Shown: positions 47,147 to 60,500, counted from the first letter of the stretch. The stretch is DNA of 64,000 nt from Zygnema circumcarinatum SAG 698-1b (GCA_037447605.1 CM074808.1:62001-126000); one strand, 5' to 3'. Translations and numbers: made by a program. The notes: generated by a model not told the origin, from the letters alone.

Positions 47147-50100
47147 ATGAAGTTCCGCGTGGAGGGCCTGGACGTGTACTTCCCCTACGAGCACATCTAT
47201 CCCGAGCAGTTCCGCTACATGCTGGAACTCAAGCGCGCGCTGGACGCCAAGGGCCACTGCCTGCTGGAAATGCCTACGGGCACCGGGAAGACCATCACTC
47301 TCCTCTCTCTCATCACCTCCTACCAGCTCTCCCACAGGGGCCTCGGAAAGCTCATATACTGTACGCGCACAGTGCATGAGATGGAGAAGGTGCTGACGGA
47401 GCTGAAAAGGCTGCAGGTCTACAGAGAGAAGGAGCTTGGAAGCGACGCCAAAATATTGGCTTTAGGGTTGAGTTCAAGGAAGAACCTCTGCTTGCATCCA
47501 AAAGTTAGTGGGGAGGGGTCACGTGAGAGCGTGGACGCCGGCTGTCGGAAGAGGACGGCGTCGTGGGTGAGAGCGACAGCCATGGATGGTGAGGTGCTAT
47601 GGGGAAAGACGAGAAAGGGGAAATGGAAAATGGATTTAGCAGCTAAGCTTGCTAGGGGAAGTCAAGGTTAACTGAACTTTCTTTAACGTTAAAGGTTAAG
47701 TTGTCAACATCATGCTTATCTCGTTGAAGCATCATCAGGTCAATTGAGTACCTCATTGGTCAGATCGTACTCTGTGTGTTTCCACCCCTAGTATCTTCCT
47801 AACTCTAATTCTGGTTCTAACCTAAACCTGGTCCTAACCTGACACTGAACTAAAAACGTCATCCTGATCTTAACCCTAGCCCAAAACATCCATTTTTTAA
47901 ATTGCATTAGTGCAGGTTCTAATACCGCTCGAGATATCGAGTTGTGCGATTTTTACGAAGGCTACGAAAAGAAGGGCGCGGAGGCGCGGCTCCCTGCGGG
48001 AGTGTATACTCTGCACGATCTAAGGGCTTTTGGAAGAGAGAAGGGGTGGTGTCCATATTTTTTGGCGCGACACATGATCACATTTGCGAATGTGATAGTG
48101 TACAACTATCAATACTTATTGGATCCAAAAGTTTCAGGAATAATTTCGAGAGAATTGGAAAAGGAATGTTGTGTGGTATTTGATGAAGCGCACAATATCG
48201 ACAATGTGTGCATAGAGGCGTTGAGTGTGAATATAAGGCAGCAGACGCTTGATGGGGCGAGGAGGAATTTGTCGAAACTTAATAGCACCATTGAAAAGTG
48301 AGTTACAAAAAAAAAAAAAAAAAGCAAAGCTAATAAGAATAATAGCTTGTTAAAGCAAGTCGGTTATTTGTTGCTGGCGTTGGTGTCTTCGTGTGTTCAT
48401 GTTTTCATCCAGGGTTTTAGTGTTTTACGCCTAAACATCTCAACATTCTCGTGCATTTTTCTTTCAGATTTTCTTACGATGATTTGCTAAGGATTTTTGA
48501 GAATTTTTTATTTTTCTCTCAGGTTTAAAGCCACGGATGCTAATAGGCTTAGAGAAGAATACAACCGTTTGGTGGAAGGACTCGCCCAGCGTGGGAACTT
48601 GCCAAGTGAGAAAAGCGCGGGAAAGTGGGGAAACAACGGAGATAGAAGGAGAGGACAAGGAAGGAGAAGGGGATGGGAGAGGGAGAGCAAAGGAACGGGG
48701 GCAGTACATGGGGAGAAGGAGAGGGGGGAAGGGAGATGAGGGGCGAATGAGACAAGAGGAGGGAGAAGGGGGCGCAGGGGGAGTGGAGAGGGAGGGAGGG
48801 AGGGCGCAGAGAGAGAGAGAGAGAGAGATTTGAAATAGAAACTGCTCTTGCCTTTGTTGTCTTTCCCACGTGAACTTTCCCCACGTCTCTCCCAACCTAA
48901 CACCTCCTGCCTCCCACCCGAACTTCGAACTACCTCACATTCTTTTCACTCTCTTCCCCTCTAAGTCTTCCCACCTCTCTTCTTCTTGTCTCCCACCCTA
49001 ACTCCGGCCACTCCTATCTCTCCCTCTCTGCAGCGGGAGACTCTTGGCTCTCCAACCCCGTCCTACCACCCGACATCCTCCGCGAGGCTGTCCCGGGCTC
49101 CATCCGCAGAGCAGAACACTTTCTATCCTTTCTGCGACGACTTCTCGATTATTTGAAAGTACGAATGCAGGCCACACAGGTGGAGAGCGAAGGACCTGCT
49201 TCCTTCCTTGCAGGCCTTGATGCTGCACAGGGAATCGATGCGAAAACGCTCCGATTTTGTTACGATAGGTTGCAGTCGTTGATGTTGACATTAGAAATTA
49301 CGGACATGGACGAGTTTATGCACCTCCAATGTGTGTGCGATTTTGCAACTTTGATTGGAACATACGCTCGCGGTTTTGCAATTATTATCGAACCCTTTGA
49401 CGAGAGGATGCCGCACATCCCAGACCCAGTATTGCAAGTAGGCCCCCCCCCCCTCCCCTCCTTGCCTTTCTTTGGAGAAGCGGAGGGGGCCATTTTGGGG
49501 GGCCCAGAAACGTCCTTGGAAAAATCACAGTTCCAAACTTTCACAAGACTCCCACACATTCGATAGAGCTTCCAGTAGAGCTCCCTAAAACTTTTTGAAG
49601 CCCTAACGAACAAGTGTCATGTTCTATGCGGTGCAGCTGAGTTGCCTGGACGCTTCCCTAGCCGTTAAACCGACGTTTGAACGGTTTCAGTCGGTGGTGA
49701 TCACTTCCGGAACGCTGAGCCCCATAGATCTCTACCCGCGCCTGCTCAACTTCAACCCTGTCTCCATTCAGAGCTTCTCCATGTCGCTCTCAAGAGACTG
49801 TTTGTGCCCCATGGTGGTCACACGTGGCAGGTGGCTCCCCCTCTCCCTTCCTCTCTTTCACCTCCCCTCCCCCCTCCCTTCCACTCCTACCCTCCAATCC
49901 CTCCTCCTAGCCTCCCACCTCTCTCTCTACCCCGTGAGCAGACACTGGGGAAAAGCCTGCTTTTACTGCCAGAAATTTGCCTCGGTTAAACTACAGAATC
50001 GAAAACACGAAAGCCTAAGCCTCTGAAGCCCTAAACCCCAATTATCTGGAACCCTAAACCCCAAATGTCTTGAACCCTAAACCCCGATGGAGCATGCAGC

Positions 50101-52218
50101 GACCAGCTCCCTGTGAGCACGAAGTTTGACATGCGCAGCGACCCGGGGGTGGTGCGCAACTATGGCCGCCTGCTCGTGGACATGGCGGCGGCTGTGCCAG
50201 ATGGCGTCGTCTGCTTCTTCGTCAGCTACTCCTACATGGATGGCATCGTCAACAGCTGGAACGACATGGGCATACTCAAGGCATGCCTCTCTGTCTTCCC
50301 CCCTCTCTCTTTCCCTCCCTCTCTCTTTTGTTCGCTCACACTCGCTCTGTCCCTTTCTTTACCTCGTCTTATCTCGTCACTCCCTTTGTCCCTTCATTCT
50401 CTTGTTCCCTCTCTCACTCCCCTCCCTCTCCCGCTGCGTGCAGGAGGTGATGGCGCACAAGCTGCTGTTCATAGAGACGCAGGACGTGGTAGAGACCACT
50501 CTCGCACTCGACAACTTCCGCCGCGCGTGCGATTGCGGCCGCGGAGCTGTGTTCCTCTCTGTGGCCAGGCACGCTCCGCCGCCCTTCGCCCCAATAGGTT
50601 CAAGGGGTTTTAGGGTTTGTAGGGTTTTTAGAGTAGGGCTGCGCTGCTGTTGAGGATTAGGGTTGAGAGGAGGGTTGGATAGAGGGCGCCATCTGAGGCA
50701 GTGCGGAGGTGCGCGCAGGGGGAAGGTGGCTGAAGGGATCGACTTCGACCGCCATTACGGGCGGCTGGTCATCATGTATGGGGTGCCCTTTCAGTACACC
50801 CTCAGCCGGTAAGACTCTTTCGTTTCTCTGTCTCTCTCCCTCTCGTTCTCTCTCTTTCTATCGTCCTTCCTCAATTCTTTTCTCTCTACCTTCCTATTCC
50901 CTTTCCGTCCGTTATAGTTAGCAGACGTTCCCTTCTACAGATGGCAGCAGAGCCAATAGATGCAGAGAAAGCGAAGGAGAGGGAGAGGGAGATTGCTGCA
51001 CTCACTGGGAAATTCGTTGCGGGGACGCGATCATGCAGTATTTTAAGAGCCCGCTTGGAGTATCTCCGGGACACCTTCCAGATCAAGGAGAACGACTTCC
51101 TCACCTTTGATGCTGTGGTAGGGAGCCAACACACAGGGCGAGCGAGTGGGACTGAGAGAGAGAGGGGGTCCCAAAGCCTTTAGCCTTGATCGCAGATAGT
51201 ATTAATATCTTTGCTTTTTCAGACATTTTCGACATTGCTTTTCAGACATTTTCGATTCCTAGGAGTTTCAGCGTTTCTAAGTGCTGTTTGTCTAATTTCT
51301 GGAGTGATTTTCAGAGGCAAGCGGCTCAATGTGCTGGGCGGGTTATCCGATCGAAATCGGATTACGGCATGATGATTTTCGCGGATAAACGGTAAGTCAG
51401 AACTCCTAACGCTTTAAAGAATCGGGAAGTTCCAAAATAAAATCTATCTCTGGAACTTTAAAACTTTTCCAAACTCTTATTTACTGACACCCTAAATGGC
51501 ATGTCTTGCATGCGTCAAAAACCCTAAACTTTTAAGCTCCTTAAATTCCCTGCATTTTCCTCCACCTTTCCCAAGCCTCAATCTATCGAATCCATTCCTT
51601 TCCAAAACCGAAATTTCTTTAAGTCTTCAAATTCTACTCCATTATCTTTAAAGCTCTAAAGACTCCTAGAGCCCTTAAACCCTGCCTAAACCCAGAATTC
51701 TAGAAACCTGAAAGTTTCATGGCTGGTACGATTGTTAGGTACAACCGGCACGAAAAACGTTCGAAGCTGCCTGCATGGATCCTCAGCTTTTTGAAAGACT
51801 CTCATCTCAATCTTAGCACCGATATGGCTTTGCATATCGCTCGAGAGGTATGGCTGGGATCGAGGAGGAAGGAAGGGAGGGAGAGGAGAGGGAGGGGGAG
51901 GGGGAAAGGGGTGCGAAGGGGAGAGGGAGTGCAAGCGGGTCTCCGGGGGGGAGAAGAGAAAGGGGTCTCAATTTGATTGCAAGTTTGGTCTTTTCCTTTC
52001 ATCCCCTTTCGGTTATTGGTGCACACTGATCGTCTTAACAAAGTGAAGCTTAAGAAGAGATAAGAATGGAGAAGGATGGGAAAATGATTTATTGTAAACT
52101 GTTCTTCACGCGATTGGCTCTTCAGTTCTTGCGGAGAATGGCGCAGCCTTACGACAGAATGAGCACCAAAAATGGGACTCTGCTTTCGGAGGCCGACGTG
52201 AATGCCATGGAAGTCTAA
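47147..52218 (+). CDS. XPD: XPD/ERCC2/RAD3 (UVH6) TFIIH DNA helicase
   Basis: [21 protein letters not shown]...EMPTGTGKT (Walker A), [28 protein letters not shown] (DEAH), [12 protein letters not shown]|[27 protein letters not shown]. Stop TAA at 52216-52218. Confidence 0.97.
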
Positions 52219-53214
52219 CGAGGATTTTATTTTTGCTGTTCTCCACCCTCTCTGTTGTTGTTCACATTGTGTGAACACCGCTAGAGGTAATTGACTCTTG
52301 TCTTCCTCTGTTTATCTCCCTGTTTTTTCCTCACTTTCTGATCTCAGTTATCAACTAGTCTAAAGAGAAAAAAGGGGAGAGAGGGAGACCTCAGGAGCCT
52401 GTTTGCATATGTTGCGATTATGTGCCCATTTTCTTCAGCAACTGACTAATTGTTTTTTTTTTTTAGCAATGCCAGGTGTCGACCCCCAGAGGTTTACATT
52501 GGCTCGCAGCGGATTAGTCAGAGGCGTCCTTGGGAAAGTTCGACCATTTCGAATTGAAGTTCAAACAATTCGAAATAGCGGAACGAATTTGTGACTGAGA
52601 GCGAGCCTCGGGGCTGCGCTCAGGCCGCAATCTCATGTGAAGAAAGAGCGCTTGGCAGTGCAAACGAATGTACAGATTTTATTGGGGAGGATTGGTGTAC
52701 ATTTTTTGTCTATATTCGCATCAGCTGTCATGAAGTGGAATGAGTTGCCTCCTTTCGCTCTGCCTCCTCTTGCCTTCACGACTCCTATCCTGGAAAGGAA
52801 CGAAGGTCCAGCGCACTCTGAACAGCGCGTCAATGGCCTTCAAAGCTCCACCTGGATGTTTCCATGCGGCTGCCCTTTGTTCAGCCGTTCAGGAGTGAAC
52901 TTCCGCGCGCTCCAACCAAAGGATGGGTCTCGTGTGAAGTGAAGCTTCTGCCCTTCGGAGACTCATTGTGGCGATAAAGGTCGAACACACGAGCAAGCGC
53001 CGTCTGCTGCAGTCTGCATTCACTGCGCAACCAACGTTTGCACCACGCCTGCCCGCCTGCCTGCACGCCTCTTCTTTCCGCCCGTCTCCAACAAAGCACA
53101 CAGACAAGTCGGCCGAAAAACGGCGAGCGGAAGCTGCCATGCGTTCATTTATTCATTCGCGCAGTGGCAAAGCAGAGCCGGTCGGTGGGCTCGGACTGTC
53201 GAGACTCGAAAGCC

Positions 53215-53220
53215 AAAAAA
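53215..53220 (-). terminator. RNA polymerase III terminator (T6) of the tRNA gene
   Basis: AAAAAA on the plus strand, 1 nt beyond the discriminator base. Confidence 0.8.
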
Positions 53221-53221
53221 G

Positions 53222-53329
53222 TGCCGCGAGAGAGGATCGAACTCTCGACCTTAGGATGGCTCCGGCCTGTACTGTCACAGGAGTCGGGTTGCTATGAGAC
53301 CTACGCGCTACCGACTGCGCCATCGCGGC
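53222..53329 (-). tRNA. Elongator tRNA-Met(CAT) with a 35-nt intron (53258-53292)
   Basis: GCCGCGATGGCGCAGTCGGTAGCGCGTAGGTCTCATA[intron]ATCCTAAGGTCGAGAGTTCGATCCTCTCTCGCGGCA. Mature length 73 nt, intron after position 37, A and B boxes intact, AT-rich block about 25-30 nt upstream. Closely resembles plant elongator tRNA-Met. Confidence 0.95.
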
Positions 53330-53550
53330 TGTATAAGGCAACTGTCCAGTATTAATAATAAACAATAATTTCAGAACGACCAAGCCTTCACAGCGCTTCT
53401 CACTCAGTCAAGCGCCAACATTGAACAACACTAATCCAGCCATTTAAGCTAAAACGATACAAAATTTAAGACATTTCTTCTTGTACAACAAGGAAACCAT
53501 AGAAATTGTGCTCCCAAGTTTCCACATTTTATTACTGGCCAACCCTCTCC

Positions 53551-56323
53551 CTAACCCTGAAAGCCCTCTCCCAACGACCTCCCGTACACTGAGATGGTGC
53601 CGTCGCTATTACTCACGTACAACTCCCCTGTTCTCTCGTTCCACTTCAAATCAAAGCATGGCCCTGACGGCGGGAGCGGCGTGAGAGGCGCCAACGTGGA
53701 GCCATGCGACCCCTTGGCGCCCACCATCTCTATGGCATACAACCCCTTAGACGTGGCTATGGCCAAAGCATCTCTCTGCGGGTTCGCGGCCATAGCCAGC
53801 ACGGGCTTGCCGTCCGGGACCATAGTCTTCAGAGTGGCGTTATTTGAGCCCCCCCGAATGTCCCACAATTGGACCATCCCGTCCGCGCTTGCACTCGCCA
53901 TCGTATGGGCGTCCAGCATCGCGACACCTGTCACAAAGCGGCTGTGGAGGTATTGCCGTACCGGCGCGCTCGGTTTTGTCTTCAGGTCCCAAAGTCGCAC
54001 GGAACCTTCAGAGCCGCCGGTAAACAGCGCACATGCAAATGGGGATCTGTGAATGCAAGTTATCGGAGACTCGTGGGCTCTCCAAGAGGCTTTCGGGGGA
54101 GTAAAAGGTATCGAAGAGGAAAACGACGACGAGGACGAAGGAGAGATAGAAGAGGCGGTAGAGAGCTCGAAAACAAGAACGTCTGTACCGGCAGCTGCAG
54201 CAAGAGAGCCCCGGAGTGGACCACCCAGAGGCTGTAGAGAGGCCACGTGGCAGAAGATGGGAGAGGTAGGGAGGCGTGGAGTGGGAGGGATGGTGCTGGA
54301 AGGCATCCGAAGAACACCCTGAGGGAGGCGGAAGGTGGACAAAAAGAGATTTTTGTTGAGAAAGGGAAAAGGGAAAAGTGATGAGATACGACAAGGAGAA
54401 ATTGCGGTGAAGTAGCTCCAGAATTTTGTCAGTTCACGTAACTTAGATTAATTTGTGTAGTTTTACGTAAATTCTTGTAACTATATATTGCTTTGTGTAA
54501 TCTATTAAAACTGAGCTGGTGAAATCATTTTGCAATATATGATTCTGTGTCATTTGCTGTAGCATAGTGTCACACACCTTGTATGCAAAGAACGACTGAG
54601 CTGATAGTGAGTGAAGGGCGATCCCCACTACAGATTCCGAAGGGCGGCAAGCGGTCAGAAGGAGTTTAGATCCGTTGTCAATGTCCATGCACTCGATCCC
54701 GTACTCTGTCGCCTGGGAATGCATCAACTGAACAGGGAACACAAAGCGGCGCCGAAACTAGTATCAGTGCTTCTCAAGGTCTTTAGAGTTGCAACAGACC
54801 ATTCTCACCACTCGCTTCCTTCTTCTCAAACCCCCTCGCCTCCCCCGTCCTCCTCCCTGCCATCTCCCCCCTCCCCTGTCCTCTCCCCTTCCACTTACTC
54901 CCCCTCTCCCCTTCTCTCCATCCACCTCCCCCTCCCCCTCGCCTCGCCCTTTTCCCCCCTCCCAACTGCCCCCTCTCCCCTCTTCCCTTCCCCGCTCCCC
55001 CCCGCCCCTCCCCTCCTTTCCCTTCCCTCCCTTCCCCCCGCCTTCCCTCCTTCCCTCCTTCCCTCCCTTCCCTCTCCACCTCCCTCCCTGCCCCCCTCTA
55101 TCCCTCCCTGCCTCTGACCCTCCCCTCCCTCCCTTTTTCATCCCTCTCCACTTCCTCCCTACCTCCATCCCGCCCTCCCCCCTCCCTCCCTCCGTCCCTC
55201 CCTCCCTCTGTCTTACCTGCAAGGCTCCCTCCGCCTCTCCTCTCTCCCTGCACTCCCACAGGTTGAGCACGTTTTTTGAGGCGCTGACCATCCATCCGGC
55301 ATGGCCCTCCCCTCCCTCCAGTCCCTCAAAGGCCGACCCATACACCATGGCCGTGACATTGTCACAGCTATGCTCCGCCGCAGCAGTGACCCAAATAGAC
55401 CTCCATGGACTCGAAGCTTCCGGAATTTTAGCCACTCCTGAACCCGCTAGCGGAAATCCGCCGCCTCCCGCTACCGGCCCCCCTCCCGCTGGCGCAGGAA
55501 TTAAAGGGCTATTAGAGTTTTGAAGGGTTTGAGGGGGTTTGGGGGCCTTAGGGTTATGAGAATTAATGACAGGGGCAGCTGAGGCTGCTGAGCTCATCGA
55601 GGCCGTCCCTGCTGGTCGAGGGAGAAGAAACTGAGCAGGAATAGAAGTTGCGTTGGTGCTCGGTCGAGGAACAGCTGGCAGCAGGGGATTGGTCGGAGGA
55701 GAGGCTTTGCGTGGGCCGATTGGTTGCTGAATCCATGCCTGCGGTTGCAGGCCAGATGCCAGCGGTCCACGAAGGGGATTAGGGTTAAAATTAGGGTTAG
55801 GGTTCAGGTTCGAGCTAGAGTTACTGCGAGGGTTAGGGTTAGCTCCTGCGATCGTGGAAGGAGGCTCCAGGTTGCCCATGGGCAAAAGCCCTAATATAGG
55901 CGGCTGCATAGAACCTCCTCCATAGCCGGAGCTTACTCCGGAAGCCCCGGGAAAGCTCAAAACCCCTGAACCTTGGCTCCCTGTCTGCCTGCCAGGTGGC
56001 AGCACACCATGCGCTGGCTGCCTGACACTTGGCAGCCGGCCCTCGAAGTTGCCGCCAGGTATCGCCGGGGGAACTCCGCCACCGCCCGCAAGGGGAGGCT
56101 TCTGACTACCAGCGACTTCCACGTGGCCCAATCGCAGCTGCTGCAGCTGCAGCTCGGGTGCCACGTGGAGCCTACTCAGCCACTGCTGAGGTGGCGAGCT
56201 GTCGAGCTCGGCGACAGCTGCCTGCAGGAGAGCGACTGTGTCCTGGAGCTCGTCTCGTGACAGTTGGAAGATGGCGCGCGAGGTGCCAGGTGTCACTCGC
56301 TCAGGGATGCACACAACGCCCAT
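53551..56323 (-). CDS. WD40-repeat protein with N-terminal helical and Pro-rich regions; family unassigned
   Basis: Three exons (56323-~55218, ~54735-54580, ~54320-53551). WD motifs: AHESPITCIHRSPFACALFTGGSEGSVRLWD and HSRFVTGVAMLDAHTMASASADGMVQLWDIR. Confidence 0.8.
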
Positions 56324-57241
56324 TTCTTACGGATAGCACTGCTGAGAGATTAGGGTTAAGGTTGGCGCTGTAGAGTTATAGGGTACGAACGGGGTCAGGC
56401 CTTAGAAGTAAAACTAGGATCTAAAGTATTCATAGTATCCTAGTCCATCCGTAATAATATATCCACGACCGGACACGGTTAGGGTTAGGATTAGAGGCTA
56501 GGGTTAGGTGTATGGACTGAATTAGGTTAAAATGAAGGTCAGTTCAGGAATTTAGTTTTAGTGTTGAAGGTGATGGTTAGAAAAGGAGTTAGGCCTGAGG
56601 CGAACGTTGCGAGCAAAGGCTGAGATGAATGGGGATATGCGCAAGATTATTTCTCAGAAAATTTCCGTTGAAATAACTCCCCTCGCCTCGCAATGTGCTC
56701 CCTCAATGCACGCCTCAGCGCTTTTAGGGTTAGGGTTGCCCCTGACACTGCTCTGTGGTGAGGCAGAATTAGGGTTGGCTTCAAGGGCCCACAAGGCATG
56801 CCATACAGTACAGGGCCACCGTACGGTATGGTCATCTGTACGATCCAATCACAGCGGTCCGTGAGCAGGCCGACAAATAGGGGATTTCGGCTTAAGATAA
56901 GGGGGCGTCCCCTAAATTGGGTTTATAAAAGGAGAATGATAGACCCCCGTGAATATGCATGTACGGACGAAGCCGTACATGCACGGACGAAGTGTACTGT
57001 ACAGTAATACTAGCCCCCTACTCGCAGGGCGCCTTCCTCCCTCCCTCCCACGTCGCCTGCATGTTTTTTGCCTGCCTCTTTGATGCCTCTTTGCCCGCTC
57101 GCTTACCTCCTTTAACTTTAAAAGTTAAACAGTTTGCACCAGGTTTTAAAACCATGTTCTTAAGCCAACAAATAGAGTTATGCACATATGAAAACATAGC
57201 CATCGTGAGTAAAGCAATTCATTTCACATTTTTGTTTAACC

Positions 57242-57292
57242 AGAAAAAGGAAAGGGAAGTGGCGTTGATCTCACGATGGCGAGGCCATCAAA
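57242..57292 (+). repeat. Short dispersed repeat, partial copy c
   Basis: GTGGCGTTGATCTCACGATGGCGAGGCCATCAAA matches copy b. Confidence 0.6.
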
Positions 57293-57557
57293 GGCCAAGG
57301 CTTACGAGGCTTGAGGTTATGGTATTTACGGCTAATCCCCCTTAAATCAATCTCAAACTGTCCCGTGAATAAGCTATTTATGATACTGAGGAGTTTTCCC
57401 GTATTTGAAAGGCCTGCCCGTGAGACTTGCCAGGGCATTCCGTACATACAAACGAATGTACGGAGAAGCCTTTCCCTCCCGAGCCCGCACGGACCGTCTT
57501 CCTCTCTCGTCTACAACTGGCGCCCTGAGCGGACGCCACGTGTAACCACGTGGAACG

Positions 57558-60500
57558 ATGACATGGCGGCGTCCAACACGCGCACTGCTTCGCACGTGCG
57601 GCTCGCTCTTCCGACGGGCGCCATTGGTCCACGTGGCGGGGCCCGGCACCCAGCTGGCCTCGCCCTGTGAGAGAGCGACGAATGTCGTCGCCGCGGCCGC
57701 CATTGGCAGCGGCCGTCATCCCTTAAGCGCTTTTTTTAAGGAATTTGAAGCGCCCCCTAGCTGTGGCTCTTCCCCTGGAACCCTAAGCTTTTCCAATTCG
57801 GGGGCTCTTCCCTTTCGGTCGGCGATTCACCAGGGAGTTGGAATATGTGACCTCGGGCTTCCATCCAGGGGCTACGCTACGAAGGGGAAAAAAGGAAGTA
57901 AGTTGGGCTCAGTTCTTTTCCAATGTCTAGCCTCTCTGAGCTGATAAAGCATTTGAGGTCTCTCTACTTTGGGGTGTAAGGACAATTAGAGGTTTTTGCA
58001 ACTTTCAAGATTTTTTAAGGTTTAGGATGGCTGTTAGGATTTCTGTTAGCTTGTTTTTTTTAGGCTTTTTGGGCTTAAAAATTTGGATGATGCCTCTTCT
58101 CCACACCTTTCCCCACCCCTCTCCCTCTCTTCGCTCTCCCCCCCCCCTCCACCTTCCTTCCCCCAGTCCTCTCTCTTACTCTTCCCGTCCTCCCCCGTCC
58201 TCTCCCTTCATCCCCCTTACTCTCCCTCCTTCCCCTCCTTCCTCTCCCCCCCTTCCTCTCCCCCTTTTCCTCGTCCTCCTCCTTCACCCTTCCCACGTCC
58301 GTCCCTGCATCCCCTTCCCGCCCTCCGCTCTCCCTCTCTCTTCCCACTCCCCCTCCCTCTCCCTCCATTACTCCTCCCANNNNNNNNNNCCCCCCCCCCC
58401 CCCTTTTCCCTTCCCCCCCTCCCTTCCCCTCCCCCCCCCTTCCTCCCTCCCTCCCTCCCTTCCCTCTCTCGACCATAACCCTCACCCCTCCACAGAAGTG
58501 AAGCAGAGCCCTACGGATGACGAAGAGGACGACTTCACTCCGCAGCCGAAGAAGGGCGGCCGCTCCAAAGCGGGCAGCTCTCTGCCAGGTGGCAGCCTGG
58601 AGGCTGTCCTGGAGTCCACGAAGGAGCTCATGGAGGCCTCCATTGACTCTCTCGCCAGAGACCTCGCCAAGCTCAGAACAGGGCGGGCCTCGGCAGGTGG
58701 GCGCCCAAGCCATTCAGAAACTGTATTCAGCAACGCGACACCTAGGAAAATGCTGACGGAAAACAGGGCAGTACGGTGATCGGAGATTGCGGAATCTTCT
58801 CACTCTCCGAGTTCCTTGAGATTGCAAGGAAACCCTAAACATTTGAGCTTGTCTCAGAGATAGGTCAGCGCGTGGGTTGTCGTTCCGTTTGAGTCGTTCC
58901 GGTGAACCCAAGTTATGTTTATGCCAAGCACTGCTGAATTTACTAACATGATGTTAAGTGTATGTTTTACATTACTTATTGGATACTGTACCTTTGACTT
59001 GATTTGACTCGTCCAGGAATGCTCGACCATGTAACTGTTGAAGCCTACGGAGCTTCCGTCCCGCTCAGCCGCATTGCAACAGTTTCCGTGCGAGACTCGC
59101 AGTCACTGTCCGTCTCGCTCCATGATCCAAATGTGCGTTGAATCACAAACCCTAACGTCCATGGAATCGCAACATTTCCGATGTGTGTTCCCATTTTTCC
59201 TGATGCGTCAACCGTCACATTAAACCAAGTTGGAATTCTTTAGTGTCTGTTATTGGTGGGTCATGCTTCATTTAGTTTATGGGGTCTTGTGGGGACGATC
59301 AACAAAAACTGTACGAGGAGCAGAGGGAGAGAGGGAGGGAAAGGGAGAAAGAGAAAGAACAAGAGAGAGAGAGGGGGGTGAGGCATAGAGGGAGGTAAAA
59401 TTGAGAAAAGGAGTGGAAGAGAGGTGGGGGCGACGAGCTGAGAAAGGGGTGAGAAGGAGAGAAGCGTTTGTTGGAGTTCTAATGCGTAACGTGTGCGAAG
59501 TTTTTTTCTTTGTCACAACGTCTTCTTATTTTATGTTCACCGCTTGCAGCTCCTGTCTGCAGTGGAGCAGGGCATTTTGCAGTCCCCCATGGGTCTTAAC
59601 CCTACCCATGAAGGGACCTCCCTCTCTGTACCCGTACCCAGGTGTGCTCTCTCACCCTCTGTCTCTCGCTTTCTCTCTCGCTCCCTCTCTCTCTCTCCCC
59701 CCCCCTTCCCCTCTTCTCTCTCTAAGCCTTACCCCACTCTCTCTCTCTCAAGCCCTCTATTCTGCCCTCACTCCCACCCACTATCCACGTTCCTCCCCCC
59801 CTCTCTCGCAGTAAATTTGGAAGCTTGTCCCCAAAGTACCCCTTTGCAGCACTGAAATGTAACGTCGGTTAGTGGCGGCTTCTGTGGGGGGGCATGACGT
59901 CACTCCTTCAGACTGACGCAAGAAATTCGCCAGGTGAGATTTTTTCGGAACTGCTTCGGAAACGGCTATTCGTAAGGTGTTGAGAAAGGTGATTCTTGTT
60001 TCTTGCGTTTTGCCATGTGGTCTGTAGGATTTTAGTTTGACTTAGGGCATGTTGCTGCCACCTTGACAGGCCATGGTCAAGCTAGTGGTTAAGGCGGGAG
60101 AGACGGCGAAAGTCAGCTTGAGAAGAGCAAGGAAAGAGGTCAGCAAGACTAACAAAATTCCATCTGTTTTCTGTATGTTTTATTTTATTCGGAAGTGCGT
60201 TATTTGGTCCTTCTTTTGTACGTGGTTCCGTCCTCTTTTCGAGCTCTGGCTGCAGTTCTTTGTGGACTTATGAAGTTCAAACTCGGCGGTTCTTGAGCAG
60301 AGCAAAACAAAGCAACGCGTGGGGGGGAGGGGAGGGCTGCAGGGGCTGGACGAGGGGAAGAAACTGAGCGAGAGTGTTTCTGAAGATGTGGCAAAACGGC
60401 ACGAGAAAGTGGTGAGAGGGCGAGGGGGAGAGAGAGGGAGGGGGTATGGAATGGGAGGAGATTAATAAAATGATAATTTTCTTTAAAATAGTGAGTCATA

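Noticed and set aside
57623-57633. Perfect ERSE-II motif ATTGG-N-CCACG
   Set aside because: Single copy inside RRF coding exon 1, compatible with chance.
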